In this document: in pieces, positions 35,196 to 46,057 of the stretch | Numbering within the stretch: position 1 is the stretch's first letter | Layout: the number at the start of each line of letters is the position of its first letter | DNA from: Candidatus Fermentithermobacillus carboniphilus | Lineage (GTDB): Bacteria > Bacillota > Sulfobacillia > Fermentithermobacillales > Fermentithermobacillaceae | Assembly: GCA_018208355.1 (NCBI GenBank) | Contig: CP062796.1 | Location: 621,217 to 685,216 of the forward strand | DNA: 64,000 nt | Direction of reading: 5' to 3' | Made by a program: the position numbers and the translations under genes | Notes under the pieces: model-generated | The model's database searches: none | Told to the model about the DNA's origin: nothing | What the model saw: the letters and a program-made list of their open reading frames with translations, nothing else

Positions 35196-36386
35196 ATGAA
35201 GCTTGAGATTTCCCGGGAGGAATATGCAAGACGTACGAACGCCGTCCTGGATTCCATGAAAGAAAAAGACCTCGATGCGTTCATCTTCTGGAACTCGACC
35301 AGCATTTTCTATCTCACAGGATTCGCTTTCATCCCCACAGAAAGGCCCATGTGCCTTGTCCTCACAAAAGACGGCCAGAAAATCATGTTCGTCCCGAGGC
35401 TCGAAGTAGAACACGCTCAAGAGACCCCGGAGGTCCACGAGGTGTGGCATTATCCTGAATATCCAGGAGAGAAACACCCCATGAACGTGCTGGCAGGGCT
35501 TTTGTCAGAGCGCGGCCTGGGCGGCGGAAATCTGGGGGCCGATGCCGATGGTTATGGCTCTAGCCAGGGATACCGGGGCCCAAAGTTATCGGAAGTGCTG
35601 CCCTCAGCCAAAGTCGTAGTGCTGAGAGACCTCGTCGAGAAACTGAGGATGATAAAGTCCCAAGAAGAGATAGCCCTCATCCGCGAGAGCGCAAAGTGGG
35701 GCAACCTTGCTCACGCTCTCCTGCAGGAATATTCCAAACCAGGACGTACGGAGAACGAGATATCCATGAGGGCATCACTAGAGGCCACGATGATGATGAT
35801 AAAGACGCTGGGGAAGTCATATAACCCACTCTCTGCTGGAAGGGCGGGAGCGAGCGCGGGCTTCAGGGGCCAGATAGGGCCCAACTCGGCGCTTCCCCAC
35901 GCCATCACCATAAACGCGGTCCTCAAACCCGGTGATGTCCTTGTGACAGGTGCAGGAGCCTCGGTGGCCGGGTACGGCAGCGAGCTGGAGAGGACGATGT
36001 TCGTCGGTGAACCAGACTCGAAGAAGCGTCGTTTCTTCCAGCTCATGAAAGAAGTCCAGGAAGTCGCCTTCGAGAACATTCGACCAGGACGCAAGTGTTC
36101 CGAGGTGGATGCGGCAGTGAGGGCATTTTACGACAGGCATAACTTGTGGGAATACTGGAGGCACCATACGGGCCACGCCCTTGGACTTTTGGGTCACGAA
36201 GCTCCATTCTTCGACATAGGAGACGATACCGTAATACAGCCCGGGATGGTGTTCAGCGTGGAACCCGGTCTCTACGTCCCCGGGCTCGGCGGCTTCAGGC
36301 ATTCGGATACGGTCGTCGTGACTGAAACCGGGATTGACTTCATCACGTACTACCCGAGGGAACTGGAGAACCTCATCTGCGGTTGA
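35196..36386 (+). CDS. M24-family metallopeptidase (Xaa-Pro dipeptidase / creatinase-like)
   Basis: Creatinase_N-like N-terminus and pita-bread C-terminal domain (HHTGHALGLLGHE...VFSVEPGLY). GGAAAGGAGAGG RBS before the ATG at 35196. Confidence 0.75.
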   Translation: MKLEISREEYARRTNAVLDSMKEKDLDAFIFWNSTSIFYLTGFAFIPTERPMCLVLTKDGQKIMFVPRLEVEHAQETPEVHEVWHYPEYPGEKHPMNVLAGLLSERGLGGGNLGADADGYGSSQGYRGPKLSEVLPSAKVVVLRDLVEKLRMIKSQEEIALIRESAKWGNLAHALLQEYSKPGRTENEISMRASLEATMMMIKTLGKSYNPLSAGRAGASAGFRGQIGPNSALPHAITINAVLKPGDVLVTGAGASVAGYGSELERTMFVGEPDSKKRRFFQLMKEVQEVAFENIRPGRKCSEVDAAVRAFYDRHNLWEYWRHHTGHALGLLGHEAPFFDIGDDTVIQPGMVFSVEPGLYVPGLGGFRHSDTVVVTETGIDFITYYPRELENLICG

Positions 36387-36502
36387 CGCAATCCATGAGA
36401 AATCGGGGGGCGATCTCGCCCCCCGCGCTCGCGAAACCTATTCATTTCATTTACCATAGATTTTGCCCGCTGGTTCACCGGCCAATCTTCCGGCCGCCAA
36501 CG

Positions 36503-39109
36503 CTAGCACTCGCTGTACCCGCACGCCAGGCATTTCAGGCACCCTTCGATGTGGACGAGATTCCAGGTTCCGCACGACGGACACAGGCTGAATCTCTTCC
36601 CAGGGAATAATGGAAGTTCGTCCTGGACAGGCCTCGTTTCCTCTCGAGGAGCATCTTCTTTCCCTTCCATGTGATTGATGTACTCGTCTATAAACTGGCC
36701 GATCGCATCAGGGACGGACCTCACCCGGTTGGGTCCGAAACCTATGCTTCTCGACCCACCTATCCCCATCAACTGGTCGGCGATTTCCCGCGGGTCGATG
36801 CCAGACCTGAGAGCTATTGAAACGAGTCTCGCGATAGCTTCAGTGAAGGCCGATACGTCGCTCCCAGCTTTACCGATCTGCGCGAAAAGTTCCACCGGAT
36901 GCCCGTCAAGAGTGTTGAGCGTGAGGAACAGCTTGCCTACCGGCGTTTGCTTGGCAGTCGTGAACCCATCCAGCGTGGTGGGCCGCTCAATGGGCCTGAT
37001 CTTGCCCCATACCCCGTTTACCCTGGCTTTATGGCCGTGCCTCGTGCCTTCCAAATCCGCGGAGCAACCCGTTTCCTGGGAGGCCGGTTCTGCCCCATCC
37101 GCCTTCTTCCCATCGGCGCCGACAGTTAGGACCTGCTCTTCCCTACTGCCGTCCCGGTACACAGTAACTCCCTTGCATCCTAACTTGTAGGCGAGGAGGA
37201 AAACCTCCCTGACGTCTTCCCTCGTAGCTTCTCTCGGGAAATTCACGGTCTTTGAGACCGCGTTGTGGGTATATTTCTGGAACGCTGCCTGCATCCTGAC
37301 GTGCCACTCAGGGGCGATCTCGTGAGCGGTCACGAACACCCGCCTCACCTTTTCGGGCACCTCGATAAGGTCGTGGAGCGTGCCCTGGGATGCGATTTTC
37401 TCCATAAGCTCCTCTGAATAGAAATCCAGCGCCCGGGCAACCTTCTCGAATCTCGGGTTCACTTCGATCAGGGATTTCTTGTCAAGGACGTGTCTTGTAA
37501 AAGCTATGCTGAACAACGGTTCAATCCCCGACGAAGCCCCGCAGATGATGCTGATGGTCCCCGTGGGAGCAATAGTCGTCGTGGTGGCGTTGCGTAGGAT
37601 AAGGCCTTTCTCTGGATAGATGCTGTCCTGGTAGTTGGGGAACGGCCCCCGCACCTCGGCCAGTTCGGACGAGGCTTTGACGGACTCGCCTTCGATGAAG
37701 GCCATGACTTTCTCGGCCAGTTCCAGCGCTTCTTCCGAGTTGTATGGCACGCCGAGATCGATGAGCATATCGGCCCAGCCCATTATACCCAGTCCGATCT
37801 TGCGGTTACCGTGGGCCATCTTGTCGATCTCCGGAAGGGGATACTTGTTGGCATCAATGAGGTTATCCAGGAAATGCACTCCGGTTCTAACAGCATCTCT
37901 AAGACCGTCCCAATCAATTAGATCTTCTGGTTTAACTTCTTCTATGCTTGCGTTTCCCCAGACAGGTTTAGTAAAGGCTCCCAAGTTCACGGAGCCGAGG
38001 CAGCAAGCCTCATATGGTAGGAGAGGTTGTTCGCCGCACGGGTTGGTGCTTTCGATTTCGCCCAGTTTCGGAGTGGGGTTGTCCCTATTGAGGCGATCAA
38101 GGAAGATGATGCCGGGCTCTCCGTTCCTCCACGCCTGGTCGACTATTTTCTCGAACACCTCACGGGCATTGAGTTTTCCCGTCACCTGACCGTTACGCGG
38201 GTTAACGAGTTCATACTCGTCTCCCGCCTCTACCGCTTTCATGAACTTCTCGGTGATCCCAACTGATATGTTGAAGTTCGTCAGCTCTTTCGTGTCCGTT
38301 TTGCAGGTTATGAATTCGAGGATATCGGGGTGGTCAACCCTGAGAATACCCATGTTGGCTCCCCGCCTTACCCCGCCCTGCTTTACGGCTTCCGTGGCGG
38401 CGTTGAAGACTTTCATGAAAGAGACCGGTCCGGAAGCGACACCGCCCGTGGTGCGCACCACGTCATTCTTAGGTCTCAATCTGCTGAAACTGAAGCCCGT
38501 ACCCCCACCGGACTGGTGGATGAGCGCTGCGTGCTTCAATGAATCGAATATGCTGACCATCGAATCGTCTACCGGCAGCACAAAACAGGCCGATAGCTGC
38601 TGAAGCTCGCGCCCGGCGTTTATCAAGGCCGGTGAATTCGGCAGGAATTTTTTCTGCATCATGAGGTCGTAAAACCTCGTTGCGGTCTCTGAAAGGAAAT
38701 CCAGGTTCGATTCGACGATCTCTTTCATTTCTTCCCACGTGACTTTCATCATGCCCTTTGATGAAAGCCTGTCAAACGCCATCTTAAGAGTAGCCCGGTC
38801 CCAATCCGTGAGCTCGAACTTCCCCGGAGGTACAGAAGAACCAGACCGATTTTCTCTCTGGGGGGCACTTTTACGGGAACCTTCGAGCGTATGGACCTTC
38901 TTCTCGCTGCCCATCCCGGGATGCCTGTAAGCCCGTGGATCGTAAAGCACGTCCATGAGAGCGATATTCTTGGCCACCCGCCAGAACATCTCCTCGGGGG
39001 TTTCGACGACTTTTCCGGACTCGTCCTTTCTCAGATACCGCTTTTCGAGGACAGCAATGGCGTTGTCGGTGAAGTTTGTCCGAGACGTGGGTGTGCTTTC
39101 AGACATCAT
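36503..39109 (-). CDS. nrdJ: Adenosylcobalamin-dependent ribonucleotide reductase (class II)
   Basis: RNR_II-family sequence along its length, with a C-terminal zinc ribbon CPSCGTWNLVHIEGCLKCLACG. Confidence 0.85.
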   Translation of the reverse strand: MMSESTPTSRTNFTDNAIAVLEKRYLRKDESGKVVETPEEMFWRVAKNIALMDVLYDPRAYRHPGMGSEKKVHTLEGSRKSAPQRENRSGSSVPPGKFELTDWDRATLKMAFDRLSSKGMMKVTWEEMKEIVESNLDFLSETATRFYDLMMQKKFLPNSPALINAGRELQQLSACFVLPVDDSMVSIFDSLKHAALIHQSGGGTGFSFSRLRPKNDVVRTTGGVASGPVSFMKVFNAATEAVKQGGVRRGANMGILRVDHPDILEFITCKTDTKELTNFNISVGITEKFMKAVEAGDEYELVNPRNGQVTGKLNAREVFEKIVDQAWRNGEPGIIFLDRLNRDNPTPKLGEIESTNPCGEQPLLPYEACCLGSVNLGAFTKPVWGNASIEEVKPEDLIDWDGLRDAVRTGVHFLDNLIDANKYPLPEIDKMAHGNRKIGLGIMGWADMLIDLGVPYNSEEALELAEKVMAFIEGESVKASSELAEVRGPFPNYQDSIYPEKGLILRNATTTTIAPTGTISIICGASSGIEPLFSIAFTRHVLDKKSLIEVNPRFEKVARALDFYSEELMEKIASQGTLHDLIEVPEKVRRVFVTAHEIAPEWHVRMQAAFQKYTHNAVSKTVNFPREATREDVREVFLLAYKLGCKGVTVYRDGSREEQVLTVGADGKKADGAEPASQETGCSADLEGTRHGHKARVNGVWGKIRPIERPTTLDGFTTAKQTPVGKLFLTLNTLDGHPVELFAQIGKAGSDVSAFTEAIARLVSIALRSGIDPREIADQLMGIGGSRSIGFGPNRVRSVPDAIGQFIDEYINHMEGKEDAPREETRPVQDELPLFPGKRFSLCPSCGTWNLVHIEGCLKCLACGYSEC

Positions 39110-39186
39110 GTTTCCTCCTGCTCTTTTTCTCTCTGATTTGAGCCTGGCTCAAGACCCGACTTTCGGACTGTTCCGGAGCCAGCCTT

Positions 39187-39657
39187 TCATCTTACTGCGC
39201 GGCCTTTTTCGGCCAGGATCCGCTCCACTTCCTCGCGAAATCCGTCCAGGTCACGGAACTCCCGGTACACCGAAGCAAACCTCACGTAGGCTACGTCATC
39301 GATCTGCTTCAGTTTCTCCATGACTAGTTCTCCGATCTCCTTCGAGGTGACTTCGCCCTTGCCGGTTTCCCTCAACTCCCTTTCTACCTCAAAAGACGCT
39401 CTCTCGAGAATTTCGAGAGGTATAGGTCTTTTCTCGCACGCCTTGAGCATTCCCGACAAGATTTTCTGCCTGGAGAACGACTCCCTGCTGCCGTCCTTCT
39501 TCACCACCAAAAGCGGACTTTCTTCGACACGTTCGTAAGTGGTGAAACGCCTGCCGCACCTGGGACATTCCCGTCTCCTGCGGATAGCAGACATCTCGTC
39601 GGTGGCCCGCGATTCAAGGACCCGGGAGTCAAGGTAACCACAAAAAGGACATTTCAT
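39187..39657 (-). CDS. nrdR: Transcriptional repressor NrdR (zinc ribbon + ATP-cone)
   Basis: [17 protein letters not shown]...[15 protein letters not shown]... plus an ATP-cone. Confidence 0.85.
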   Translation of the reverse strand: MKCPFCGYLDSRVLESRATDEMSAIRRRRECPRCGRRFTTYERVEESPLLVVKKDGSRESFSRQKILSGMLKACEKRPIPLEILERASFEVERELRETGKGEVTSKEIGELVMEKLKQIDDVAYVRFASVYREFRDLDGFREEVERILAEKGRAVR

Positions 39658-39855
39658 AAAAGGTTTCCCCTTCAGAAATCAGAGTTCCGAAAGACCGCAA
39701 GACGCTCCTGGGGTGTTACCGCCCATTGTATACGGAATCTACCCCGGCGAACCCAATACCCGTACGGCGACTCCGGGCGGCCGCATACTCACCGCCCGGA
39801 AGCCATCCCGTACATTTGTTGGCACCATATGTAGGCCCTTCGCGTCTATTCTACG

Positions 39856-40263
39856 CTAGATCTGTTTTCTCCTTGTGGATTTCTCGCGGGCTTTAGAAAT
39901 AAACTTGGCGTGGTTCACGAGATGCCTTTCGTGGGTCCCTTCTCCAACTTTGTCCACTCCGTCGTTGGCTTCAACCTTAAAAACGAGTCTTCTCCCGTCG
40001 ATTTCCGCGAGGATAGCTCGAGCGGTGACCTCGAAACCAGGAGGGGTAGGCGCAAGATGGCGGATATTGACAAGAGAGCCTACCGTGGTCTCTCCTTCTT
40101 CGAGGTATGGTTTTAAGGCATTTACCGCGGCTTCTTCCATAAGAAGGACCAGGTTCGGCGTGGAAAATACCTCTACGGCTCCGCTGCCCATTTTCGAAGC
40201 CAGCGTGTCCTCAGTGACTTTTATCCTCGCCTCTCCGGCGACACCCGGTGAAATAGGTTTCAT
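39856..40263 (-). CDS. Hotdog-fold thioesterase family protein
   Basis: ...VTEDTLASKMGSGAVEVFSTPNLVLLMEEAAVNAL... matches the predicted-thioesterase (FlK-like) pattern. Confidence 0.5.
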   Translation of the reverse strand: MKPISPGVAGEARIKVTEDTLASKMGSGAVEVFSTPNLVLLMEEAAVNALKPYLEEGETTVGSLVNIRHLAPTPPGFEVTARAILAEIDGRRLVFKVEANDGVDKVGEGTHERHLVNHAKFISKAREKSTRRKQI

Positions 40264-40402
40264 TCGCGTTAACCCGGGCAGTTGCACCCGGGCACGACAC
40301 CTCCGTGTTTTCTAATTGTTCAAAGCCGGACCAGCGGTGTTTCGCGGTAGCCGGCTCATCACGATGCCGGTACGAGATGCCGGTAACCCCATTGCAAGAC
40401 CA

Positions 40403-40795
40403 TTACCCGTTCAATACGTAATTTAGGTGCACTCTGGCGTTCACCGACTGAATCACGGGACAGAACTCTTCGGTTAATTTAAGGTACTCCTCGAGCTTGG
40501 CCGGAGCCAGCCCCTCGCACCGGATGTCATATTTCACGTAAATATCGGTGAACCTGCGGGGTCGCTCTTCTCCTCTCAAGCCCTCTACCGTCATGTCCAG
40601 CTTTGAGATCTGATATCCGTCCCTTTTGAGGAGCGCGCTAAGGGTCGCTGCGCTGCAGCCCGCGACCGCCATGAGCAAGAGGTCTGTCGCTCTCGGACCA
40701 CCACCGCCGATTTTCACCTGCGCCCCTTGATTGTCGGAACAAAGGATGCTCCCATCGTTCAAACTCGCCGTGATCTTCTGGACGTTGTCTGCCAT
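40403..40795 (-). CDS. osmC: OsmC/Ohr-family peroxiredoxin-like protein
   Basis: MADNVQKITASLNDGS...GGGGPRATDLLLMAVAGCSAATL..., the OsmC two-Cys family pattern. Start at the ATG at 40795. Confidence 0.6.
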   Translation of the reverse strand: MADNVQKITASLNDGSILCSDNQGAQVKIGGGGPRATDLLLMAVAGCSAATLSALLKRDGYQISKLDMTVEGLRGEERPRRFTDIYVKYDIRCEGLAPAKLEEYLKLTEEFCPVIQSVNARVHLNYVLNG

Positions 40796-41021
40796 AAGAT
40801 TGCTTTGCCCTCCTCCGGTTTCCCTAGTACACTTCTCTAACATCCCATATCCCATATAGTACAGCATGTTTTCATGCTTCCTCTCTCGAAAATCATAATA
40901 CTTGCGGTATACAATTGAAAGGGTACGGGAAGTCCTTCTGCAACTAACGGTTCGTCTGGACGGTGGCTCATTGAAAAGCATGGGGAAACACGATACCTAT
41001 TCAAGGTTTGTTACGTCTGAA

Positions 41022-41696
41022 ATGCTGAGGCAGACTCTTGCTGACGAGGGTTTCATTCAGAGCCTCCCGAGGATACCTCGGGAGTTCTTCGCAAGAAACG
41101 CCCTCGATGTTGCGCCTGACCTTTTGGGGTTGATCCTCGCGCACAAGACACCTGAAGGTACAACCGCAGGTCTTATCACCGAAGTAGAGGCCTACGCGGG
41201 CCCCGAAGATAGGGCCTGCCACGCGTACGGCTGGCGGAGGACAAGGCGAAACGAAGTCATGTATGGCCCTCCGGGTTTCGCGTACGTGTATTTCACCTAC
41301 GGGATGTATTACTGCTTCAATGTAGTCGTTGCATCGGAAGGAATGCCACACGCGGTGCTCGTTCGCTCTTTAGAGCCCGTTTTTGGCATGGACCTTATGC
41401 TGAAGCGGCGGAAAGGAAGGCTACCGTTGACAGAGGGCCCCGGCAGGATGTGTCAGGCCATGGGAATAGGTAGAGAGCAGAACGGAAAAGACCTTTTGGG
41501 CGAAGAACTTTTCATCGCTCGTCCTCCGAAAGAACTCGACATCTCGTTTGAGATACTCACGACGCCGCGCATCGGCATTGACTATGCCGGTGAAGCCAGA
41601 GAATACCCGTGGCGGTTCGTAGCCCGGTTACGGGGCCCGCGAGCGCAATCCGAGAGCGCGGAAGACCCCCAGCTGCCGCCGGTAGAAGTGAATTAG
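41022..41696 (+). CDS. mpg: DNA-3-methyladenine glycosylase (Mpg/AAG family)
   Basis: ...FFARNALDVAPDLLGLIL...GLITEVEAYAGPEDRACHAY...GPPGFAYVYFTYGMYYCFNVV... Confidence 0.7.
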   Translation: MLRQTLADEGFIQSLPRIPREFFARNALDVAPDLLGLILAHKTPEGTTAGLITEVEAYAGPEDRACHAYGWRRTRRNEVMYGPPGFAYVYFTYGMYYCFNVVVASEGMPHAVLVRSLEPVFGMDLMLKRRKGRLPLTEGPGRMCQAMGIGREQNGKDLLGEELFIARPPKELDISFEILTTPRIGIDYAGEAREYPWRFVARLRGPRAQSESAEDPQLPPVEVN

Positions 41697-41699
41697 GGT

Positions 41700-44504
41700 T
41701 CAAAGCACAACTACATTGCACTCGATCCCGACCTTTCTCGCAAGCCTCTCCTCTCTTCCGTGACAAGAGAAAAGGAGGATCTGATGCCGGGATGAAAGGG
41801 CCGAAAGAATTTCCAGGACCCCTTCCAATCTCTTGTCGTCGTACTGGACAAAAGGATCGTCCAGGAAGAACGGAAATTCTGTTTTCTTGGTGATTATCTC
41901 CGCCACCGCCACTCTCAGGGCAAAATAACACTGATCTACCGTTCCGCCCGAAAGAAACCCAATGTGCGTCTGCTTCTGGGTGTCGGGGTGGATCACGCTC
42001 ATCTCGAGGTCCGGCGAGACCCTGACATCCACGTATTTCCCTCGAGTGATCGTGGACAGTATTTCTCCGACACGCCGGTTCAACGCCGGGGCAAATTCCC
42101 TCCGGATGTTCTTTGAGAGAGTTTCCAGGGTTGACGTGGCCAGCTCCAGTGCGTCTCTATCCTCGGAAAGCTCCCTTTCCATTTCCCGCTGCCTTGAAAG
42201 TTCCTCCTCTATCTCAGCGGAAGACCTGCCTTCAGCCGACCTCAAACTTATGGCGTTCTCCAGCGAGAGGATTTTGGCCTTGATATCACCTATCCTGGCT
42301 TTAAGCCGGTCCAGAGAGTCCCTCCGGGACTCGTAATCTTTTTCTGAGATAACCGCATCCCGATATCCTGAATCCAAAACACCGGCTAGAGCCTGGCCAT
42401 CGATCTCAGGAGAAATCCTCTCTATCTCGGCCTGGATATCGTCGAGATCTCTACCCGACAAAAGTGAACCCAGCCTGGCTTCGAGTTCAGAGAGCTCTCG
42501 GGATATTTCCTCGTACCTCTTGTGGGCGGATATCTTCTCAGCCAGTCCATTCTCGTCCCTCACACATGCCTCGGCAAAAAGGGCCGCCTGCCTTTGGAGA
42601 CAGGCTGATTTCTGGGAATTGAGTTTCAAGAGCAGATTTTCCATTTCTTTCATCCGCTCGTCCAGGACCCTCAGCTCGTTCTTTGCCGAGCGTAGTTCAG
42701 AGACTTTCTGCTTTAAGGATTCGACGGCTGCCTCAGTCACGGGTTCACCCGGAAGAAGACATCCTGAACCTCTCAACGCGTTGACTAGTTCTTTCTCGAC
42801 CGAAGAAAACTCCTCAGATGTCTCGAACCAGGACCTGTGCGCAAATTCGTATTTATCCCGGGCGGATTTCAGCCGTTCCTGGTACGAGAGGACTTCCCTG
42901 ACAGTTGCCCGGAGCTCCTCTACGGACCTGGCCCCCTGAACCGCCAGGAATTCAGACAGGACCTTCCGGGCGTTTTCCACCCTCTGGATCTGTTCGGACA
43001 TTTCAGATTCCTTTTGAGCGAGGATCTTTTCGTTCTCGGACCGGACCTTTGCGACTTTCCTCTGGCGGAATACGCCAGTCCCGAAAACCACCAGGGAAAT
43101 CCCGAAAACCGCAATGCTCAAGGGCATCCCCATCACTGTCAGTAGGATCGCTATTCCCAGGATCCCCAGGGCGAGACCGTAAAGCCACGAAGACGCACCG
43201 GATACGTTGACGGAAGCCACGGCTGCTCTGGCTTTCTCCACTTCAACCTGGAGTCGGTCTTTCTCCTTTTCGGCAAGGGTGATGATTTCCCTGTATTCCT
43301 CGGCCTTCTTGATGAGGTCCTCGTCTGCCTGCCTGTTGTGTAACCCTTTCGCTTTACCTTCTTCCTCAATCAGCCGGAGCTCTTTTCTCGCCTCGTTCGC
43401 CAGCCTCTCACCCCTTGAAGCGCTGGCCTTGGCCGCAAGGTAGCGAGAATGAAGGGAAGCGACCTGTGACTCGTCGAGGCCCGTGGCTTCCACCGCGGAG
43501 AGAGCCTTCAGCCTTTCAAGAACTCCTTCCCTCTTCTCGAAAATTCTTTTTATCTCTGCTTTCGTCTCGTCAATCCTCTTGTTGATGGAGTTGAGTTCGC
43601 CCGCAAGCTCGCGGAAAGTCTCCTCGCAGCCCTGAGGCAGGTCCTTGGCCCACTCAAACCCCGTGATTTCCCGGCCCAATTCAGAAATCCGTGCCCTGAG
43701 ATTTTTCGCCTGAGTAAGGACGTTCTGCAAAATGGCATATCTTACGGTTACAAGAGCCTTTTCCTCGCTTCGCGCCTTGTCCTCCAGTTTTTTTCTCTCG
43801 TCTGAAAGAGCTGAAACTTCGAGAAGCCATTCCCTCACCTGCGCTTCCCTTTCGCGGGCTTCTCCGAGCTCTTTTTCTAGCTCGCTGATCCTTTCATACA
43901 CCATGTCGAGCCGTCCTCGAGTGCTCCTGGGAGTCTTGATCTTGCTCCTCTCCACGTTCAACGCCGAAAGAGCTTTGGCCAGAGAAAGATCCTCGGATCC
44001 GCCCTGGAGGACGCTTTCAAGTTTTCCCTGGATCTCGACGGCAAGGTCGGGTTCCTGGGCGCTTCCTAACTGGCCGATCCAGATGGTATTCTTGAACTCC
44101 CTTGCCGACAGTCCCAGGTGTCTCTGGGCGAAGTCATACTCTCTTCTCGTATCTTGGGAAAAGCTCCCGGTAATGTCCTCACCAGTGGAATCATCGTAAA
44201 TCTTGACGAAATCAGGGTCGAACCACCTTTCCACCCTGTAAGTCCTTCCCTCGTCCTCGTAAACCATGACACCCCGGTACTCTTTGCCTTGCCAGGGCCT
44301 GTACCTCTCATATTCCGGGGTCCTCGATATCCTGGTCTTTCCTTCCTTCTTGAATCCATACAGCATACCGAGGATAAACGCACCCAGGGTGGATTTGCCC
44401 TTTTCGTTGTCGCCCAGCACGATATTGAGGCCATCTGTAAAATTAATTGGCCGATCCATGTGGAATTTCCCGAAGGCAACAGGCAAAAGGCTTTTGATCT
44501 TCAA
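41700..44504 (-). CDS. sbcC: SbcC/Rad50-like AAA ATPase (YhaN-like) with a long coiled-coil
   Basis: N-terminal Walker A (NIVLGDNEKGKSTL), ~700 aa of coiled-coil, a C-terminal signature/Walker B region, and a TM segment mid-protein. Confidence 0.7.
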   Translation of the reverse strand: MKIKSLLPVAFGKFHMDRPINFTDGLNIVLGDNEKGKSTLGAFILGMLYGFKKEGKTRISRTPEYERYRPWQGKEYRGVMVYEDEGRTYRVERWFDPDFVKIYDDSTGEDITGSFSQDTRREYDFAQRHLGLSAREFKNTIWIGQLGSAQEPDLAVEIQGKLESVLQGGSEDLSLAKALSALNVERSKIKTPRSTRGRLDMVYERISELEKELGEAREREAQVREWLLEVSALSDERKKLEDKARSEEKALVTVRYAILQNVLTQAKNLRARISELGREITGFEWAKDLPQGCEETFRELAGELNSINKRIDETKAEIKRIFEKREGVLERLKALSAVEATGLDESQVASLHSRYLAAKASASRGERLANEARKELRLIEEEGKAKGLHNRQADEDLIKKAEEYREIITLAEKEKDRLQVEVEKARAAVASVNVSGASSWLYGLALGILGIAILLTVMGMPLSIAVFGISLVVFGTGVFRQRKVAKVRSENEKILAQKESEMSEQIQRVENARKVLSEFLAVQGARSVEELRATVREVLSYQERLKSARDKYEFAHRSWFETSEEFSSVEKELVNALRGSGCLLPGEPVTEAAVESLKQKVSELRSAKNELRVLDERMKEMENLLLKLNSQKSACLQRQAALFAEACVRDENGLAEKISAHKRYEEISRELSELEARLGSLLSGRDLDDIQAEIERISPEIDGQALAGVLDSGYRDAVISEKDYESRRDSLDRLKARIGDIKAKILSLENAISLRSAEGRSSAEIEEELSRQREMERELSEDRDALELATSTLETLSKNIRREFAPALNRRVGEILSTITRGKYVDVRVSPDLEMSVIHPDTQKQTHIGFLSGGTVDQCYFALRVAVAEIITKKTEFPFFLDDPFVQYDDKRLEGVLEILSALSSRHQILLFSCHGREERLARKVGIECNVVVL

Positions 44505-45775
44505 TCAGATCGACTCCTTCTCAGAAGGACTTCCCCGTGTCTTAGAGCGTCGAGGCCGTAATATATGGCTAGTTCTGCCACCCGAGCACCCTTTTCGTCT
44601 CCTGCCCGCACAGCTTGCGCTTTCATATCCAAAAGATGCCTCACGAACCTAGCTTCGAGGCTCTGGTTTCCCGGGTCTTTGAGTGCCTCCAGGTCATAGT
44701 CCGGCAGGTAATCAGGGATGAGCTTTACGAAGAAGAACTCGGGGGAAATCTCACGTTCAAGCGCCGAAAGGTCCAGCTCGAGTTCAGGGTCAATTCTGCC
44801 TTTCAGGGTCACTGCCCAGAGATCCTGAGCCCTTTCGCCTTGGGCTCCCAGAGAAAGCACCGCCTTTTTGACCTGTTCATAAGTTTCAAGGCCGGTGATA
44901 TCGACTTCCGCAACCCGCATCTTTCGCTTGGCGATAGGGATGAATTCCGCCTTGGACCTTCGGGGTGAACCTCCCCCTCCATTGGAGCTGCCTTCCACGG
45001 TGATTAGGTATACCCCTCTCTGGCCCCTGTCTCCGAAATCCAGGGGTTCGGGACATCCCGGATACACCACCCTGGTCCGTCCCACCTGAAAATCCATGGG
45101 GGCGTGAATATGCCCGAGGGCCACGTAGTCAACCTGTGTTTCTCTGAGGTCCTCCAGGAGTATTGGGAGGTATTCAGAACTTTGCCTCGGATTTTCCACC
45201 GGGGAATCCGCTTTTCCGGCCAAGACTCCATAGCCGCCTTTACTGGCAGCCTCCTCTTGTCCGGCAGAAATCTCGTTCCCCGCAAGAAGGTCTCCATGTA
45301 TGAGAAGGATACTGAACAAATCCTGACGGGGACAACGAAATCTCCGCACAACCCTTTCTCTCTCAGAAAACCCGGTCCACCCGTAGCCGTATACAGCCAC
45401 ACCCATGTCCTCAAGGACCGCCTCGCCGAATCCTGACTCGGTGAACACGGTGACGTTTTCCGGCCACCTGATGCTCCTGTACAGGGAATCTCTCAATGCG
45501 GGGTCATGGTTTCCCGGAGATATGAAGACCCGCGTTTTCGGAATAGACGCAAAAAGAAGAGCGGCTTCTTTCACCCAGGACGGACGCGTGTACAGATGCT
45601 CGAAAAGGTCACCGGCGATAAGGAGGATGTTAGCCTCTTCCTGTTTGACCAGGTCGATGATTGTGTGAAGGCTGGTCTCCACTTCCCTGCGCCGGATAGA
45701 CGCCTTTTCCTTGTCCAGTTCCCTGGATGAGGGTCTCCCGGCGTGAAGGTCGGCTGCATGCACTATTTTCAGCAT
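44501..45775 (-). CDS. sbcD: SbcD/Mre11-like metallophosphoesterase nuclease (YhaO-like)
   Basis: MLKIVHAADLHAGRP...LIAGDLFEH...GNHDP calcineurin-like motifs. Its stop overlaps the sbcC start. Confidence 0.7.
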   Translation of the reverse strand: MLKIVHAADLHAGRPSSRELDKEKASIRRREVETSLHTIIDLVKQEEANILLIAGDLFEHLYTRPSWVKEAALLFASIPKTRVFISPGNHDPALRDSLYRSIRWPENVTVFTESGFGEAVLEDMGVAVYGYGWTGFSERERVVRRFRCPRQDLFSILLIHGDLLAGNEISAGQEEAASKGGYGVLAGKADSPVENPRQSSEYLPILLEDLRETQVDYVALGHIHAPMDFQVGRTRVVYPGCPEPLDFGDRGQRGVYLITVEGSSNGGGGSPRRSKAEFIPIAKRKMRVAEVDITGLETYEQVKKAVLSLGAQGERAQDLWAVTLKGRIDPELELDLSALEREISPEFFFVKLIPDYLPDYDLEALKDPGNQSLEARFVRHLLDMKAQAVRAGDEKGARVAELAIYYGLDALRHGEVLLRRSRSD

Positions 45776-45992
45776 GGTTTCCCCCGGCTCTCGTGTTCTC
45801 GGTCATCTACGATCTGTAGCTATGCTGCAATTCTGGAAAGGTCACAAGGTTTTCTTGATAGATTTTAGCACAGGGAAATACATGCCTGTCATGGGAAAAC
45901 CGGTCCTCTCCCCGCCAAGAGTTAGAGATCCTCAAGAAGGCCGTAATTCGTCTAGATTTTGGATGAGGCAACTCGCGAAGGAACCCGCAAGG

Positions 45993-46022
45993 TTGAGGGC
46001 GTAGCTTCAAATGGTGTATACT
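45993..46022 (+). promoter_or_regulatory. Putative promoter of mazE (TTGAGG-N18-TATACT, with a TG-extended -10)
   Basis: Hexamers read from the sequence. The palindromic GTATAC overlaps the -10. Confidence 0.35.
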
Positions 46023-46057
46023 ATGTATAAACCGAAGAACAGAGGGAGTAGTTATCA

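Noticed and set aside
39658-39860. Search for NrdR boxes (acaCwAtATaTwGtgt) upstream of nrdR-nrdJ.
   Set aside because: Only weak partial palindromes (e.g. CACCATATGTAG) were found, none matching the 16-bp consensus well, so no site is called.
40288-40402. CCCGGG-containing palindromes (CCCGGGcagttgcaCCCGGG) between the thioesterase and osmC genes.
   Set aside because: Self-complementary CCCGGG sites are expected at this GC content. There is no U-tract or conserved context.
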